From contig NC_068983.1 of assembly GCF_001194135.2 (NCBI RefSeq), positions 72,942,972-72,979,238 on the forward strand: 36,267 bases of DNA, given 5' to 3'. How positions within the stretch are numbered: the first letter of the stretch is position 1; each line of letters starts with the position of its first letter. Positions 34,195 to 36,267 of the stretch are shown in pieces. The notes beneath the pieces were generated by a model, which saw only the letters and a program-made list of their open reading frames with translations, made no database searches and was not told the origin of the DNA. The position numbers were made by a program, and so were the translations under genes. Source of the DNA: Octopus bimaculoides. Taxonomy: Eukaryota.

Positions 34195-34371
34195 AATTTA
34201 ATTTGTCAAAATATTTTCGTTGCTTTGAGACTACGACCTGTTCACTGACAAGTGAATCTAACGGTTTTTGTGTGTTATTTTAAATGGCTTATAAACACCT
34301 TCCACGCTGCAGTTGTTTTCGTTCCAGTACACAATCTCAGATCAGGTCACTTACTATGCAAGTACATCTCC
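34195..34371 (+). mobile_element. Hammerhead-bearing short retroelement, copy 2, with inverted 5' segment and 12 bp TSD
   Basis: TTAATCTGACTG at 34183-34194 and 34372-34383. Relative to copy 1, 34195-34250 is inverted and 34251-34371 is collinear. Confidence 0.88.
34203..34251 (-). ncRNA. Minimal type I hammerhead ribozyme motif, G3:C8 core variant, catalytic core intact
   Basis: Minus strand UUGUCA-GUGAACA-G-GUCGU(AGUCUCAAA)GCAAC-GAA-AAUAUU-U-UGACAA. Stem I is a perfect 6 bp, stem II has one C-A mismatch, stem III is the AAUAUU palindrome. Predicted cut between 34209 and 34208. Confidence 0.78.
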
Positions 34372-34721
34372 TTAATCTGACTGTTCAAAGAAAACTTCAA
34401 AAGTAACTAGTAATGACTTCTCTTGAAAATGGACAAAATTTGGCATTGTGGTGCTATCAGGTACCTACAGAAAAAGGCTTAAACCCCCAAGGATATTCAT
34501 ACTGACATGGTTACTACATTATGGGATGACACTCCAGCTTTATCAACAGTGCAAATGTGGGCTGCTGAATTTAGGAGGGGAAGGGAGAGTCTTGGAGATG
34601 ATCCAAGGTATGGGTGCCTTGAAATTGTGGTCACCATGATGATGGATCAGAGGTGACTGACAAATAGCCAATGCTATTAGCATATCCCATGAGAGAATTG
34701 AGAATATTCTGAAAAATGAAG

Positions 34722-35212
34722 GTAGGTAGGTGGTTAGGTAGGTAGGTAGGTAGGTAGGTAGGTAGGTAGGTAGGTAGGTAGGTAGGCAGGCAGGCAGACA
34801 GGCAGACAGGCAGGCAGNNNNNNNNNNNNNNNNNNNNNNNNNNNNNNNNNNNNNNNNNNNNNNNNNNNNNNNNNNNNNNNNNNNNNNNNNNNNNNNNNNN
34901 NNNNNNNNNNNNNNNNNNNNNNNNNNNNNNNNNNNNNNNNNNNNNNNNNNNNNNNNNNNNNNNNNNNNNNNNNNNNNNNNNNNNNNNNNNNNNNNNNNNN
35001 NNNNNNNNNNNNNNNNNNNNNNNNNNNNNNNNNNNNNNNNNNNNNNNNNNNNNNNNNNNNNNNNNNNNNNNNNNNNNNNNNNNNNNNNNNNNNNNNNNNN
35101 NNNNNNNNNNNNNNNNNNNNNNNNNNNNNNNNNNNNNNNNNNNNNNNNNNNNNNNNNNNNNNNNNNNNNNNNNNNGGAAGGAAGGAAGGAAGGAAGGAAA
35201 GCAGGCATGCAG
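34722..35212. repeat. (TAGG)n/(CAGG)n/(GAAG)n microsatellites flanking a 358 nt N gap
   Basis: Visible. Confidence 0.9.
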
Positions 35213-35625
35213 GCAGGTTAAGTAGACAGGAAGGTAGGCAAGTAGACACATGAACTTCATAAAAATCTAGTTGAATGATACTACAATGAGTATCCCCAAA
35301 AGGACAAATGTTCCTTTCATGCTTGTCAAGAGATTGTAAGGTGATAAAATTATGAAAACACAAAGGTGAAGTGGAACCTAATTCACGACTGAGTCGCCCT
35401 GGCATAATGAATAATTATAAACCATCTAGAATAATGAGGATATTCACTCCAAGAAACATAAAGAACAGCGTCAATAAAGATATTAAGAAACAAGAAAAAG
35501 AAACAAAAAACAGGTGAAGGTGAAAGAAAAGTTAGTTAAATAATGAAATATATGAATGGAGAAAGAGAAGAAAGAGAGGTAAATGCAGAAAAATGGATTG
35601 AAATCTGTGGAAAAAATGTCAATGG

Positions 35626-35686
35626 ATAGATAGATAGATAATTAGGTAGATAGGTAGGTAGGTAGGTAGGTAGGTAGGTAGGTAGG

Positions 35687-35740
<54 letters not shown>
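35626..35740. repeat. (TAGA)n/(TAGG)n microsatellite
   Basis: Visible. Confidence 0.95.
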
Positions 35741-35741
<1 letters not shown>

Positions 35742-36134
35742 GTGAGGAAAATGAATAATAAAAATAAAGAAATGAACAAAGAGTAGATGGTAAGAGAGAA
35801 GAAAGACACTATTTCAGGTAATGCCATCCTTTCACAGCATCTAGGAAGAAGGCGGTTCTCCAATATCCATATAGATTGGATGATAACTTGAGAAATAAAT
35901 TACAAATATACACTTCCTATGCTGTCAGAGCTGTCACCATCAGCTCTCTGAGTTTTATTTGCTGCACAACAAATTTATAAATGTATAAATTGCAAAGAAA
36001 GAGGTTGGACCACTTTTTGAAGCAGACGATGGAGAAAAAAGAACTGAATGGAAGGTTGGCAAATAGGAAAAAGTCATCCGTTAGTGTAGCATGTATATCT
36101 GACAGTGGTAATGGTGGTGCTGGTACTGGGAGTT

Positions 36135-36178
36135 GATATATATGTATACATGTGTGTGTGTATGTGAGTATGTATGCA

Positions 36179-36267
<89 letters not shown>
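36135..36267. repeat. (TG)n/(TA)n microsatellite to the window end
   Basis: Visible. Confidence 0.95.

Larger units (their letters stand above)
34060..34722 (+). mobile_element. Mariner transposon C, 5' part (ATG 34429), interrupted by the hammerhead element and ending in (TAGG)n
   Basis: MDKIWHCGAIRYLQKK, then after a frameshift PKDIHTDMVTTLWDDTPALSTVQMWAAEFRRGRESLGDDPR...IANAISISHERIENILKNE, a mariner HTH region. Confidence 0.88.

Noticed and set aside
1-36267. CRISPR arrays, rRNA or intact tRNA genes, prokaryotic operons
   Set aside because: None seen. The tRNA-like sequences are SINE heads and the regular repeats have no unique spacers.

Overview
AT-rich, microsatellite-dense animal genomic DNA, almost all decayed transposable elements, with three assembly gaps (17216-17231, 23181-23232, 34818-35175). 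The SINE, RTE and mariner content looks like an octopus genome; this is inferred from recognition, not from a search. No intact long ORF is present. Identifiable remnants are RTE LINEs (endonuclease, RT, 3' tails), a CR1/Jockey-type LINE, an LTR-retrotransposon RNase H-integrase fragment, three different mariners, a Tigger deletion derivative, Helitron pieces, several MITEs with visible TIRs/TSDs and tRNA-derived SINEs. The main observation is three hammerhead-ribozyme motifs. Two (16709-16759 +, 34203-34251 -) belong to one ~190 bp TSD-flanked retroelement family. Its core reads GUGAACA rather than CUGANGA, a compensatory G3:C8 swap, and its palindromic stem III suits dimeric cleavage. The third (31560-31621 +) has a canonical core and lies between ~100 bp direct repeats 392 bp apart, a retrozyme-like layout. 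Three phase-compatible candidate exons (26700-30590 +) may encode a small cysteine-rich Ly6/uPAR-like protein. All alignments and folds were done by eye.
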